Both the position numbers and the translations under genes were made by a program. DNA of 64,000 nucleotides from the human T2T-CHM13v2.0 reference genome, Homo sapiens: assembly GCF_009914755.1 (NCBI RefSeq), contig NC_060934.1. One strand, written 5' to 3'. Shown here piece after piece: positions 14,729-28,170 of this stretch; position 1 is the first letter of the stretch; each line of letters begins with the position of its first letter. The notes below the pieces were generated by a model. The model made no database searches. It saw nothing but the letters and a program-made list of their open reading frames with translations, and was not told where the DNA came from.

Positions 14729-14901
14729 GGAAAGGGAGAGCATCAGGCTAAATAACTAATGCATGCAGGGCTTAATACCTACGTGATGGGTTGGTAGGTA
14801 CAGCAAACCACCATGGCACGCTTTTACCTATGTAACAAACCTGCACGTCCTCCACATGTATCCCGGAACATAAAATTAAATTAAATTAAATTTTAAAAAA
14901 A
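14729..14901 (+). mobile_element. 5'-truncated primate L1PA 3' end (L1PA8-12 era)
   Basis: GCAAACCACCATGGCACG..ACCTATGTAACAAACCTGCACGTCC plus A-rich tail. Confidence 0.88.
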
Positions 14902-16410
14902 TTTGAGAGACAGACTTTTTTTTAAAAAAAAAGATATTACAAAGGAAAAGATTATTAAAAACTGCAGGTTTAGCTGATAAGAACACAAGGACCAATAAAA
15001 TGGAGTTTTCTAATGCTTCAAACAGATATTGTGTATGTGTATGAGTGAGCACATGTTTTCGTACATATTTTGGTAAGTTTGAGGCTAAGTGTGTCTTGTA
15101 GGATTGCTGAGGGATTGAGAGGGAGAAAACGTATGTGAAAACATCTGCCATCATACTTGATATATAGTAAAGGATTAATAATAGAAGCCAATTTCTGGTG
15201 TTGGTCATTAGGAGCAAAACTTTCCATTTTGACTCATCTTCTTTCTACTCTAAAGTTGGATGAACAAAACCTATAAAATAATATTAGAGGAGAAAAAAAA
15301 TGGGATGCTAGATTTCTTGCTGCTTGCTTCCAAGAAACCTTAAATCTCAGAAGAGAGGATGGTGATAGTGTGGTTATTGTTGTTGTGTGTGTTATAGGAA
15401 ACCAGTTGTTTGTATTATTGGGGGAGAAAGGCTAGATTGGGCAGTGGCCTGAGAGGATAAGTAATATGAGAACACTTTATTGTCTAGAACTTTGTTTTGC
15501 CTGTGGATAGAACTTCAAAAATGGAATTGTGTCTTTTTTTCTCATGCATATTTTGAAGAAAACCTTATTTTAAGGATAGTTTTCCCATGATAGATTAAAG
15601 AAACTGTGCCAGATTAAGGAAAAGGTGCCAGATAGCTGACAGGGAATGGAGCTTGCTTGGTCAACTGAAGCTACATTTGAGCAATTTTTTTTCTTTCACT
15701 ATTACTACAACCCGCCTAAATAGAAAACCTCTGCATAACCCAGTCTCAGATCAGCCCTGATTACAAAGGGACAGAGACCATTGCTAGCCAGTAATACAAA
15801 GTAAGTTTTAAAAAGAATTCCAAACCTGCATCTCTACAAAAACATTAAGGAATTTTAATTAACAATTTGCTTACACATTTGTATAACTTTCTTTCTTTGT
15901 TTTAAACTACACAGTTATGCCACAGCATCTAACCCTCCAAGTCCTCAATATTTTCTTCCTTCTCACCCCAATCTTTGTAGCATTTCTCTGCACTTTCATC
16001 TCCCTATACCCTATTCTCTTGACTCTCTTAGCTCTTTCTTTAATTCTTCTTGGTGAAAGTCACCCTCCCGCCCCGTCTTCTTAAGAAGCAATAACTACCC
16101 TTTCTTATAAGCCTCCCACTTCTCATCTGAGGGTCTATCATTAGTGGAATCTGCTGTCTTCTGCGGTTAATTTTATCTCTGTTTTCTCCAATATCAAAAA
16201 AATTTTTTACCGTGAATAGAAGTCTTGGGAAAACTCTCTACACCAGCCTTTTGAGTCTACATCTCTCTACTAATCCCTCTTCTACATTACTGAAAAATAA
16301 AACTTAAAAATAAAAACAAAGAGACCGAAAATCAACTTCCAAATTTTTGCCAGCATAAGTAGGTGAGGCTCATAACATTTTAAGAGTTACTTTTTTTGTG
16401 TGGATAAAAA

Positions 16411-16966
16411 TTATATCGGTTAGTTTATGGTTAAGAGAAGCAGCACTTCAGAGATTTCAAAAAGGAAGGTTTTCATTTATTTAGGATGTATGGTGTTATC
16501 TATCTATTATCTGTCTATCTACCTATCTAATCTATCTATCATCTATTTATTTGGTAACATGGAAATAAGGACTTGCAAAACAATTGGAAGGGCTAGAGGA
16601 AAAATGGTTAAGAAAGGCTGCCATTAGACCTCAGTTCTTGCCTTTAGCTCTGCAATGACTGAAGAAGCCCACGTTTCTATAAATCCCTTGTTGTCTCCCA
16701 CACAGAAACAGGTTGTTTCTAAAGAAGACTGATGAGGAATCTTTAATTTGCTGAAGCCCACTCTCCTGCTCCCTCTTCTTGAGAAGTAATAAGTATCCTT
16801 TCTTATCTCATAAGCCTCCCACTTCTCATGCAAGGGTCCATCATTAGTGGAATCTAGCTCAGATCTCTACAGGGAGGGGCCCTAAGAAATGTACTTTTGG
16901 GCTCCCAGTGTCTATATTACAGAGCAGAGTATAGAAGGACTTAGGTGTCATGAAATGTTGCTAACA
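16411..16966 (-). mobile_element. Ancient LTR (LTR78/79-like)
   Basis: GGAATCTAGCTCAGATCTCTACAGGGAGGGGCCCTAAGAAATGTACTTTT and GCAGAGTATAGAAGG resemble old mammalian LTRs. Confidence 0.45.
16497..16550. repeat. Degenerate (TCTA)n microsatellite
   Basis: TATCTATCTATTATCTGTCTATCTACCTATCTAATCTATCTATC. Confidence 0.85.
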
Positions 16967-17312
16967 ATCTGGCAGAACCCATAATGCCACTTCCCACTTT
17001 GCCTTTTTTTCTTTAAACATCATTTTGCTATTTAAATCCCTAAGAGATAAAATCATCCAAAATCATTGCTTAAGTCTGAGGATGAAAGTCAGATATTTTT
17101 GTATTTGTATAGTCTCAAATAATGTTCCATGGGTACTTTCTCAAGGCACTACAGAAGGAAAAGATCAACAAAAAGGGACTAGGTAGGGAAGAAGATGTAA
17201 AATCCAGGCAAGAGGATATCCATTCTAGGAATGAATAGGGAATTCATAGGATCATGTTGCTGGGAAGTCCCAAGTGATACCCACATACCATTTTTAGAAA
17301 ATCACCTGTCCA

Positions 17313-17637
<325 letters not shown>

Positions 17638-17697
17638 AGAAAATCACCTGTCCAGATTGAGGCAGGAAGATCATATGGTCTAGAAAACCCTGTCTGT

Positions 17698-17994
<297 letters not shown>

Positions 17995-19119
17995 AGAAAA
18001 CCCTGTCCCTGATAAATCACATGAGGTACTTAACAAGGCATTTTAGAGTCCTTTTGGTCATGGTTCATTTAGGCGGAAAGGTTGATAGGTAAGCATCTAA
18101 CAAGAAAATAATTAAACTGGAGTGGAGGGTAGGGAGATATATAAGAAAGAAAATGTAATAGTATGGTATATATATCAGCTGTGAATAACACCATAAGTTA
18201 TTATGTATTTCATAATAATGGAAATATATAACACCAATTTGCAAATTGTGATATAAATAACATTGGGAAAATATTTAATGTGTGACTTTAATGTTGAGGG
18301 AGTGATTAAGAATGCTAAACCCTTATTTTCCTTATGAGGAAGTCAACAGATAACATGTGTAATTGAAAAATCAATACATTATATTATCATAAGTGTGTAA
18401 TTTAGAAGTATAATGGCAAATATCTCCTAAAACAGAAATGTGTTTCTCTCTGTGGGTGAGAATGGGGCATTGGAGGGTGGTAGGTGGGGAGTGCTGCCTT
18501 TTAGTATAAGACTTACAGTACAAAGAGTCTCAAAAAAATAATTTTAAATGAAAGAAGAAAAAAATACATATAATTTGAAAAGTTGTCTAGTATTTTATGA
18601 TAAACTCAGAAGAATATTTGGACAACGTGTGACTAAATTTAAAAAATAAGTTATATCAAAGATCAACTTGCTACTTGTCTGCATCTTAAATAAGACAGTG
18701 AGAAGACAAAGACTGTGAAAGAATAAGAACCAGGTTGCATTTGTGCATATGAATGTGATACCTCCAGCCCTTACTTTTGACAGCACATATGTAGCTAAAA
18801 ATACAAGCATATATCTAAAGATGCTAAGATTTCTACTGCCATATGCATATGTAACATATTCACATCAAAGTTAATTGATGTGTTAGCATTCTAAAAATAA
18901 GGACCAGATTCTACAAAATTCATCTACCTTATGTGTTTCCCACTTCTAGGCTTTCAGGCCTCACTCAACCGTTTATTCATTTAAGTAATTCCTTCTCAGA
19001 GGAATACATTGTTTGGTTTGGCAATTAACACAGCAAATAGCTTAAACAGCATTTACTCAGAACATTTTAGCCTTGTACACAAGCCTCATAGAATAAAGGA
19101 TTTCTGCTTCAAAAAATTA

Positions 19120-19895
19120 ATACCACAAAGTGCTCCTTAAAAAGAGTAGTTCTATGACTAATAATGTTGAGAAACAACATATCTATTCCCTAATCTTGAA
19201 TAGTGACCACAGTAGTCTTAACGCTGCCTTCAGTTTGCCTTTACACAGGTTTCTTTCTTAGTACTGTTCTCTGACCTTCCTTTTATTAGAGCATTTACTT
19301 TAGATAACTTGCAATTATAAGTTCTTTCCCTGGCCTTCTGAGATGTAAATCTTCTCCCAGTCTCTTGTCAGTTTTATGAGCCAGGAATGTCTTCCTTGCC
19401 TATGAAATGTAATCATGAAGAAAGATAGAGCCTCTTTTGCTTCCAACAGATTCCAGTAAAACAAACAAACAACAAACAAAACAAAACAAAAATGATAGGA
19501 CCTCTATCTCCTAGTCTCTGTAGAAGAGGAGAAGCCTAACTACAATAAACACCAATTAGCAAACACAGATTGTTCAAACACATTTACTGACTTCCCCCCA
19601 AAGTTTCCAGTACTTTTCCACCAGCATACTCCAGCGTTTAAAGACTCCTGCCTTTTCTTTCAACAGTTAAGTTCAATCTGTCTCCCCTATTTCAATAGTC
19701 TTGAATAAAGACTCCCTTGTCTGGTTAACTGCATCTGGTGCAATATTTCTTTGAAAATATTCACCAAGAATATTGTATATTAAATGTATTGATAAATACT
19801 GCAGAAAATAAATCCAATTGATGTTCTTTAAGTCATTGTTCTCAATCATCTCACAATGAGCACCTTACTTATTTATTAATAGAAATTCCACTGCA
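19120..19895. mobile_element. MER103C-like hAT-Charlie MITE split by MER67
   Basis: AATAATGTTGAGAAACA...ATTCACCAAGAATATTGTATATTAAA continuity across the LTR. Confidence 0.5.
19204..19756 (+). mobile_element. MER67-family solo LTR (ERV1)
   Basis: TTAGAGCATTTACTTTAGATAACTTGCAATT..GAGATGTAAATCTTCTCCCAG..CCAATTAGCAAACACAGAT; AATAAA near end. Confidence 0.78.
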
Positions 19896-20172
19896 CCAAT
19901 CGTTCTCAAAGTGTGGTCCAAAGACCAGCAGCATCAGTGTCATCTAGGAACATGTTATAAATACAATTTGGGGGCCTCATCCAGACCCCTTGAATCAGAA
20001 ATTTGAATAGTTTTCTTGTTGTTGTTTCTCAGGATAATACTAAAGATGCTCATGTTGTAGGTCAACTTTCATGTTTCTAATGGTCATTCCCAATTCCCAT
20101 TCTCCGAGGATGGGGCCCAGCAACCTGTGGTTTAACAAGTCTACCAGGTGATTCAATGCATACACACTAAAC
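19896..20172. mobile_element. MER5A MITE interrupted by a roughly 100-bp insertion
   Basis: GTTCTCAAAGTGTGGTCC..GCAGCATCAG..TGAATCAGAA [insert] GGGGCCCAGCAACCTGTGGTTTAACAAG..CCAGGTGATTC. Confidence 0.85.
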
Positions 20173-20902
20173 CAATACTCTTCATCATATATAGGGAAAT
20201 TCAATCCTAGGTAACAGCAATAAAGAAACAGGAAACCAGCTAAAAAAGAACATTACTAAATTTATTTATTTATATATTTGTTTAAATGGTTTAAATGAAC
20301 ACTCTTTTTGTGTTCTAAATTTTAATTGCAGTGCAACCTTATTTGCACCATACTTATGACTAAAGGCTTAATCTGAATTTTCTCTCTAGTCTTCCTTTTT
20401 GCCATGCACCCTTTTATCCTGTTCCATATAATACATAAATAAGTTTTTATACCCTAGTTGTTCAAAAACAAATATGATAGCTGGATGATCAAGTCTCTGG
20501 AGGTGAATTGTACCCATTATTGTCAGTGCTGGAAAGTCTCAAGTCGTCTTTGAGATCTTATGAAATATACAGAGCATTGGCTTATCACCTACTGCTTTCT
20601 CTCCTCTTTAAATCCCCAAGGAAACTGTTTAAAGCTATTTGAAAACACATACTTAAATTTCTTGGTGGACTTATATTATTGCTTATCTTTGCATATGAAT
20701 GTCTATATATTTTTCCTTTAATAATAAATTTAATTAGTTTTTATGAATTCGGAATTACCAGTGTTTTGCAACTCCTTCCATTGGTTACCAATCATGGGAA
20801 ACTCATGAAATTTGACCAGTTTTGTTGTCCTTTCTCAGGATAATACTAAAGATACTCAGGTTGTAGGTCAACTTTCATGTTTCTAACTGTCCAACAGTTT
20901 CT

Positions 20903-21024
20903 AATATATAATACAACATGTTTGTAATATATAACCATATATTATATATAAGGTTATACATAGATATATAATGTTATATATCTCATTGTAAATATATATA
21001 ATATAGTATATATCATATATAAAT
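20903..21024. repeat. Degenerate (TA)n low-complexity tract
   Basis: ATATATAA/TATATATC runs. Confidence 0.8.
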
Positions 21025-22783
21025 AAACGTAAGCTTAGCATTAATTAATTTTGGTCTTTTTTTGCATTATGCCATCATGTGTCTGCTGGAATTTACAAAT
21101 CTTCAAATTGGTTTTATTAGAACATATTCTTTTGCTATCAATTTGCTAAAACATAGCTGGGAACAATATCAGTAACTATCACTGAATGGAATGTGAAATC
21201 TTTATCCCATGGGAAAGCACTATTGGCTGAAATAGGCTAATCATTCCTATTTTCTGAGGAAAATAATGAGAAGAAATATATGTCAACCGCTTATGGGGTT
21301 TTCTGAATTCTTCTATTAGAAAATACTTAGTGAACAAATGAGCCACTCGTCAGAGATGGCTAAGGGTAAATTTTACAAAGCAGGGGATTGTCTACATGAG
21401 AGTGACTAGAATTCCTACTGGCCATGGACTGTGTTTTGAAGAAACGTCTTTGAAGTTAGAAGCTGAAGATGCTGTTTGCAAACATTAATATAGTTCAGAT
21501 TTTGGTAAATAAATGATCTCTGGTTCTCTTTTTTTTTTCCCTTTGTATTTTGAAGATGTTTTATGTACTGTGTTTACAACTATGGGGACTTCACTTACAT
21601 TAATGAATAGGTGAAACCAAATAATACTGACATCACTCTGACACTGATTGTCAGTGACTGTGCTGGCAAACACTTTTCTGACTTCTCTAAATTATCTATA
21701 ATACCATTTGCTCTTCTATTGGTTACATAACTGCATGGAAGAAAAATCTTCTCAGTGTCTAATTGCACTAGTTTACTGTAAATTACTCTTATGAAAATAT
21801 TCCCATGTATTTGCCTGTGCAACTATGCATGTAATTGCATTTTGGCAAGAGTGCAAAACTATATCCTTTTTGAAAATGCAACCTAAGGGGTGCTTCAACG
21901 AACTATGATATTTTCAGCTTGACTCTTAGTTGAAATTTCTTCTGTACTCATAAAACCGACAAGTTGACAGCCTTGTCATCTGAGCTTTTCCAGCCACAAG
22001 ACAGGTACAAAACAGATGCTTCTGGGTTTTTTTCTGACATTGAACCTTTGCGGACATGCCACATTTAACAATAAAGAGAAATTTCTTGTAAGCCCCTTAA
22101 GCATGCCCTGCTGTGGGCATGCTCATGTACCTCTCAAAGCCCATTAACCAAGTCATATGCAAATATATTCCAAAAAGCACTGTTTCTATTATAAAATGGA
22201 TGTGAATTTGAGGTTTGGGGAAATAATGGAAGAAAACTGAGCTGAAAGATTGCTGTCTGCATCTACTTATCAATAACCTATCAAAATGTGGCAAACTGAG
22301 CAATCAACTCATTCATGAGTGAATGGCAGCTATCTAGAGTTTTAAGTTATAACTGTTAAAAAGGAAATTTTCTGAAAGAGATTTGGTAAATATATAGTCC
22401 CCTTGAGAGTGCTGAAAAATTGTTTTTATTACACTATCGTATTATAAATATGCCCTACAAGTTATTTCTCAGAATGTGAAGTGATTTTTTATGTGAATGG
22501 TTGGAGCTTTCTATGATCTTTGTTTTCCCAGATAGTCATTATTGAGGATTTTACAACTTTAGACAAAGTGATTTGGCAATCATACGTAGAAATAATAGTT
22601 AAAGGAGAAAAACTGTAAAATTCACGGTGTTTCTTTTTTCTGCCTTAAACTTGATTCTACTTTTTCACTCTTGACTTCTTCTTCAACAACCCCATACTAA
22701 ATTGCCTTTTTAATATTTTCTGCTACAACATTCTAATCCAGTCAAATATTATAAACATAGCTTTATTCTAAATGTACCTCTCT

Positions 22784-22862
22784 ATTTTTATCTTCTGCTT
22801 TATTTTGTTCTTTTATTTATTTTGTACTTTTTATTTTGACTTTATTTTGTACTTTTATTTTA
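22784..22862. repeat. T-rich degenerate tandem repeat (TTTTATTTTGTAC-like unit)
   Basis: Repeated TTTATTTTGT/GAC units. Confidence 0.7.
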
Positions 22863-23599
22863 GAAACCCTATTTACTGCATGAAATTTAACCACTGTTGT
22901 CCAGAGACAGCTTCCTCAGTGATCCTTACTGTATTCTCAGATTCTACTTATATTGAATTGAATGCATGTCTTTCATTCTTACCTAACTGTTCATACATAA
23001 ACTACTCAGGCCTTTTGGAAGGTGGCTCCGTGACTTAAGCTTCTTTACATTTTCTAAATGCATTGTACAAAGAGTAGGCATCCATATTTCTTAATAGAGT
23101 GTTTTAAAATAGGTTTAAAGGCAGTGCGATTTAATAGTTATGAGGGATTCTTCTGCCTAATTTAAAACTCATGAACACTAATTACTACTATTAAAGAGGG
23201 ATTAAAACAAAGACTATATGTGCTGATGTTTAAGAAGCAAAGGAATTAGGGGAGAAATATATAGAACACCTGGTTTAACATGTAGGCATCACGGGTGGGT
23301 TTAAGGAGTTCTGGCAACAAGGGCAATGGTTATAAAATGAGATCGGTTTTAGAACCACAATAAGAATATTTTTGTTGTACGGTTATTTCCCCCAAACGTA
23401 TATTTGAATATTGGGAAGAAGAACACTGGAGGTGGGAAGAGTAGACAGGTATATTCTAACAAATATGCCCCAGATGATTTAGAAATATCCAACATATATT
23501 TTCTCCCACACATTGAGAAACAATAAAATAAGAGTAGAGAGGCATAAAAAGAAGAGATAAAAGACTCACTTACCCTTGAGACTACAAACATGATATTGG

Positions 23600-23955
23600 C
23601 AAAGTTTGTGCATATTTTCACCTTTGTAATCCCTGGGCCTATCACAGTACATGTCGCACAGCAGTTGTGTAATAAATTTGTGTTGTCAAAAAGAAAGAAA
23701 AACAACACTAGTTCCACAGCATATTAATAGGTGTTACATACCTGCAAAGGGTTTTGTAGTCAGATGTATTTGGAAAGTACTGGATTAAAGGGAGCTTAAC
23801 AAAATATTTCCTGAAGTCTTTAAAATATGCCTTGTGAGTTTTCAAGTGTAAGTGTACATTTTCCAGATTTACTTGACCAAAGGATTCTTTCCCTGTGTTT
23901 TTCCAGAGCCTCTAATGGAACTCTTATTCCATGAAATAAAATATTGGCAACACCA
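23600..23955. mobile_element. L2 3' end followed by MER103C-like MITE
   Basis: CCCTGGGCCTATCACAGTAC..AATAAATTTGTGTTG (L2); AACACTAGTTCCACAGCATATTAATAGGTGTT (MER103C). Confidence 0.6.
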
Positions 23956-24349
23956 GATTAATTAAGTAGAATTAAATTGGATTTATCTTTTTCAAAATTC
24001 AAGCCAGTAGGTAATCTCTATTATGCTTTAACATTAGTTATCTAGAAGTCTATCTTTGTTATTTATCAGTTTTTAAAAAAATAATACATCTCTTAAGAAA
24101 TATAACTACATACAAGATTTTCTGGTTATTCCATTGTTAGGGGGAAGTGTGACACCTACCCAGGCCTCTTACCCAACCATCACCTGCAGAAATAGAGATC
24201 TCTACAAAATTCTATTTCATGACCTGAAAGAATCAGGCTTTTAAATAACTTTGCTCCTGTAATAGAGCTTGGACTAGAATCTGGGTTTATTCCACTTTAT
24301 CCCATGTAAGCAAAACTTAAATATGTTAATACTTATGAGACATTCCTAT

Positions 24350-25718
24350 TGTGTCCGGAATTGGTGGGTTCTTGGTCTCACTGACTTCAAGAATGAAACC
24401 ACGGACACTCACAGTGAGTATTACAGTTCTTAAAGGCGGCATGTCCGGAGTTTGTTCCTTCTTACCTTCAGATGTGTTCGGAGTTTCTTCCTTTTGGTGG
24501 GGTTCGCGGTCTCGCTGGCTCAGGAGTGAAGCTGCGGACCTTCGCGGTGAGTGTTACAGCTCTTAAGGTGGCGCGTCTGGAGTTGCTCCTTCCTCCCGGT
24601 GGGTTCGTGGTCTCGCTGGCTTCGGGAGTGAAGCTGCAGACCTTCGTGGTGAGTGTTATAGCTCATAAAGGCAGCGTGGACCCAAAAAGTGAGCAGCAGC
24701 AAGATTTATTGCATACAGCGAAAGAACAACACTTCCATGGTGTGGAAGGGGACCGAGCGGGTTGCCACTGCTGGCTCCGGCAGCCTGATTTTATTCTTAT
24801 CTGGCCCCACCCACATCCTGCTGATTGGTCCATTTTACAGAGAGCCCAGTGGTCTGTTTTGACAGGGTGCTGATTGGTGTGTTTACAATCCCTGAGCTAG
24901 ACGCAAAGGTTCTCCACGTCCCCACTAGATTAGCTAGATAGTGTCCACACAAAGGTTCTCCAAGTCCCCACCAGATACAGAGTGTCCATTCGTGCATTCA
25001 CAAACCCTGAGTTAGACACAGGGTGCTGATTGGTGTGTTTACAAACCTTGAGCTAGATACAGAGTGCCGATTGGCGTATTTACAATCCCCTAGCTAGACA
25101 TAAAGGTTCTCCAAGTCCCCACCAGAGTCAGGAGCCCAGCTGACTTCACCCAGTGGATCCGGCACTAGGGCCACAGGTGGAGCTGCCTGCCAGTCCTGCG
25201 CCGTTTGCCCCGCACTCCTCAGCCCTTGGGTGGTCAATGGGACTGGGCGCCGGTGTGGAGCAGGGGGTAGCGCTTGTCTGGGAGGCTTGGACCGCACAGG
25301 AGCCTACGGATGGGGGGAGGCTCAGGCATGGCGGGCTGCAGGTCCTGAGCCCTGCCCCACGGGAAGGCACCTAAGGCCCGGCAAGAAATTGAGTACAGCA
25401 GCTGCTGCCCCAGGTGCTAAGCCCCTCACTGCCCCAGGCCAGCGGGGCCCGGCCGGCTGCTCCGAGTCGGGGGCCCGCTGAGCCCATGCCCACCCGGAAC
25501 TCGTGCTGGCCCGCAAGCACCACGCGCAGCCCCAGTTCCTGCTCGCCCCTCTCCCTCCACACCTCCCTGCAATCTGAAGGAGCCGGCTCTGGCCTTGGCC
25601 AGCCCAGAAAGGGGCTCCCACAGTGCAGCGGTGGGCTGAAGGGCTCCTCAAGTGTGGCCAGAGTGGGCGCCAAGGCCGAGGAGGCGCCAAGAGCAAGCAA
25701 GGGCGCACGCTGTCAACT
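24350..25718 (-). mobile_element. LTR12 (ERV9; C/D/E-like) solo LTR
   Basis: TGTGTCCGGAATTGGTGGGTTCTTGGTCTCACTGACTTCAAGAATGAA start, U5 repeats, U3 GCTGATTGGTGTGTTTACAA repeats, GC/CpG-rich U3 end. Confidence 0.96.
24760..25120 (-). promoter_or_regulatory. LTR12 U3 enhancer/promoter (CCAAT/NF-Y repeats, TATA-like AATAAAA), directed leftward
   Basis: ATTGG at about 24824, 24873, 25029, 25070; TTTTATT at 24789-24795; known ERV9 LTR architecture. Activity not shown. Confidence 0.65.
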
Positions 25719-26069
25719 AATTACAAAAGAAACAATCAATTTATATTGCCAAGTGTTAGATTAGCCTAAGTAGAATTATTACTTCTGGGTCTGCCTTCGG
25801 CTTGAATAACTTACTCCATTAAATTACTGAAACAGAAATCCTTTTGTTTACAACTGTCAAAGAGAGAAGAAAAATAGTGATAGAAATGTTAATGGCTTGA
25901 AAGAAATTTTAATGTTTTCTTATAGAAAAAAACATCATTTTGAAGTTCTAAAAGCATATTAAATATTTAAGTGTCAGAGTCTGTCAAAAGTCAAATTAAT
26001 AATAGTTACCTCCAAAAGTGAGATATTCACTTTATACAACTTCTCAGTTTTTAAAAAAATCATTATGAA

Positions 26070-26300
26070 TTCATAGATTATTAATGAAAAAATTTAAATC
26101 CACAAAAGTAAAGAGAATGGTGTTAAAACTGCACACTTTACCAATACCAATACACGTATAATCTTGTTTCACCCAACACATTTATATTCTCCTATCACTG
26201 AAGTATATTGTAGAAAATCCCAAGCATTATTTTATTTCAACCATACTTTAGTAAGTTACAGTTTTATGTAATGTATGAGTTACAATAAATGCAATCGTTA
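26070..26300 (-). mobile_element. L1MC/ME 3' end fragment
   Basis: AAAATTTAAATCCACAAAAGTAAAGAGAATGGT..AAATCCCAAGCATTAT. Confidence 0.5.
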
Positions 26301-26949
26301 TTGTCACTACCATATTATTTTTGTGTTGAGTTCAGCTTTAATGGAACCCTCCCCAAGCTGACTCCAGTGTTCTAAAATGGCTCATCTCTACTTTCTTCTG
26401 GGGCATACTATTTCCTCTCAGAATGACAATTCTGTGTTGCCCTTGCCTTTTTAAATTAAATTACTTTATTATTACATTTAGCAGAAATTCCTCTAAGTTT
26501 TTGGTAAATGAAAAGAAATTTACCACATTTATGAGAGGTTTGGGCTAAGGAATGGGTAAGAGCCTCTGCTTACATCTTATTCAAAATTTAGGTCCTGGTG
26601 GCTTAAAAATGGCTCAATTACAATTGTTCATTGTATTTTTTTAGATTATTTGAAATAAGCCAAGAAGTAGGCCAAATAATTCTAAATTCTTTTTGGAAGT
26701 AACTATCGTACAAAATCTTTAACCCATAAGTTGGTGATTTAATTATTTATTTTGTTCTTCCAGAAGGACCTATATCTCAAGGTAACCAAATAAGTATAAC
26801 TAATAAGAAATAGTTTTTTGCTTTTTTTAACAAAAGAATCACATATAGTATAATACAATAAAATAATTTTTTAAAATCACTACTGCCCTTTATTATTAAA
26901 TAAACTAAATAATCTATTCAAGCTAATACCATTATATGAAAAATTAACT

Positions 26950-27980
<1,031 letters not shown>

Positions 27981-28018
27981 CTTCTAACAAGATGTTGCTT
28001 AAGATACCCTCTTACTTA

Positions 28019-28170
28019 TAGTGGTTCTCATTCATGTCTGTTTATTAGTTCACTTGGGAAAGTTTAGAACTAACTGCACAGATTAATCATGGTAGCTGAG
28101 CATGGACCTTGAACATTAAAAATAAATCCTCAGATGATTCTAATGTGTATCAAGGGTAGAGGATGACATC
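28019..28170. mobile_element. MER5-type MITE
   Basis: AGTGGTTCTCA start; CCTCAGATGATTCTAATGTG end. Confidence 0.6.

Noticed and set aside
20820-20870. TTTCTCAG|GATAATACTAAAGATACTCAG|GTTGTA as a plus-strand microexon
   Set aside because: Weak donor and no supporting gene context.
24860-25125. Spaced ~40-bp repeats resembling a CRISPR array
   Set aside because: These are standard LTR12 U3 tandem repeats in eukaryotic DNA, with no unique spacers or cas genes.
24351-25764. Overlapping ORF cluster and CpG-island-like segment as a gene promoter or exon
   Set aside because: Fully explained by the GC-rich, stop-poor LTR12 sequence.
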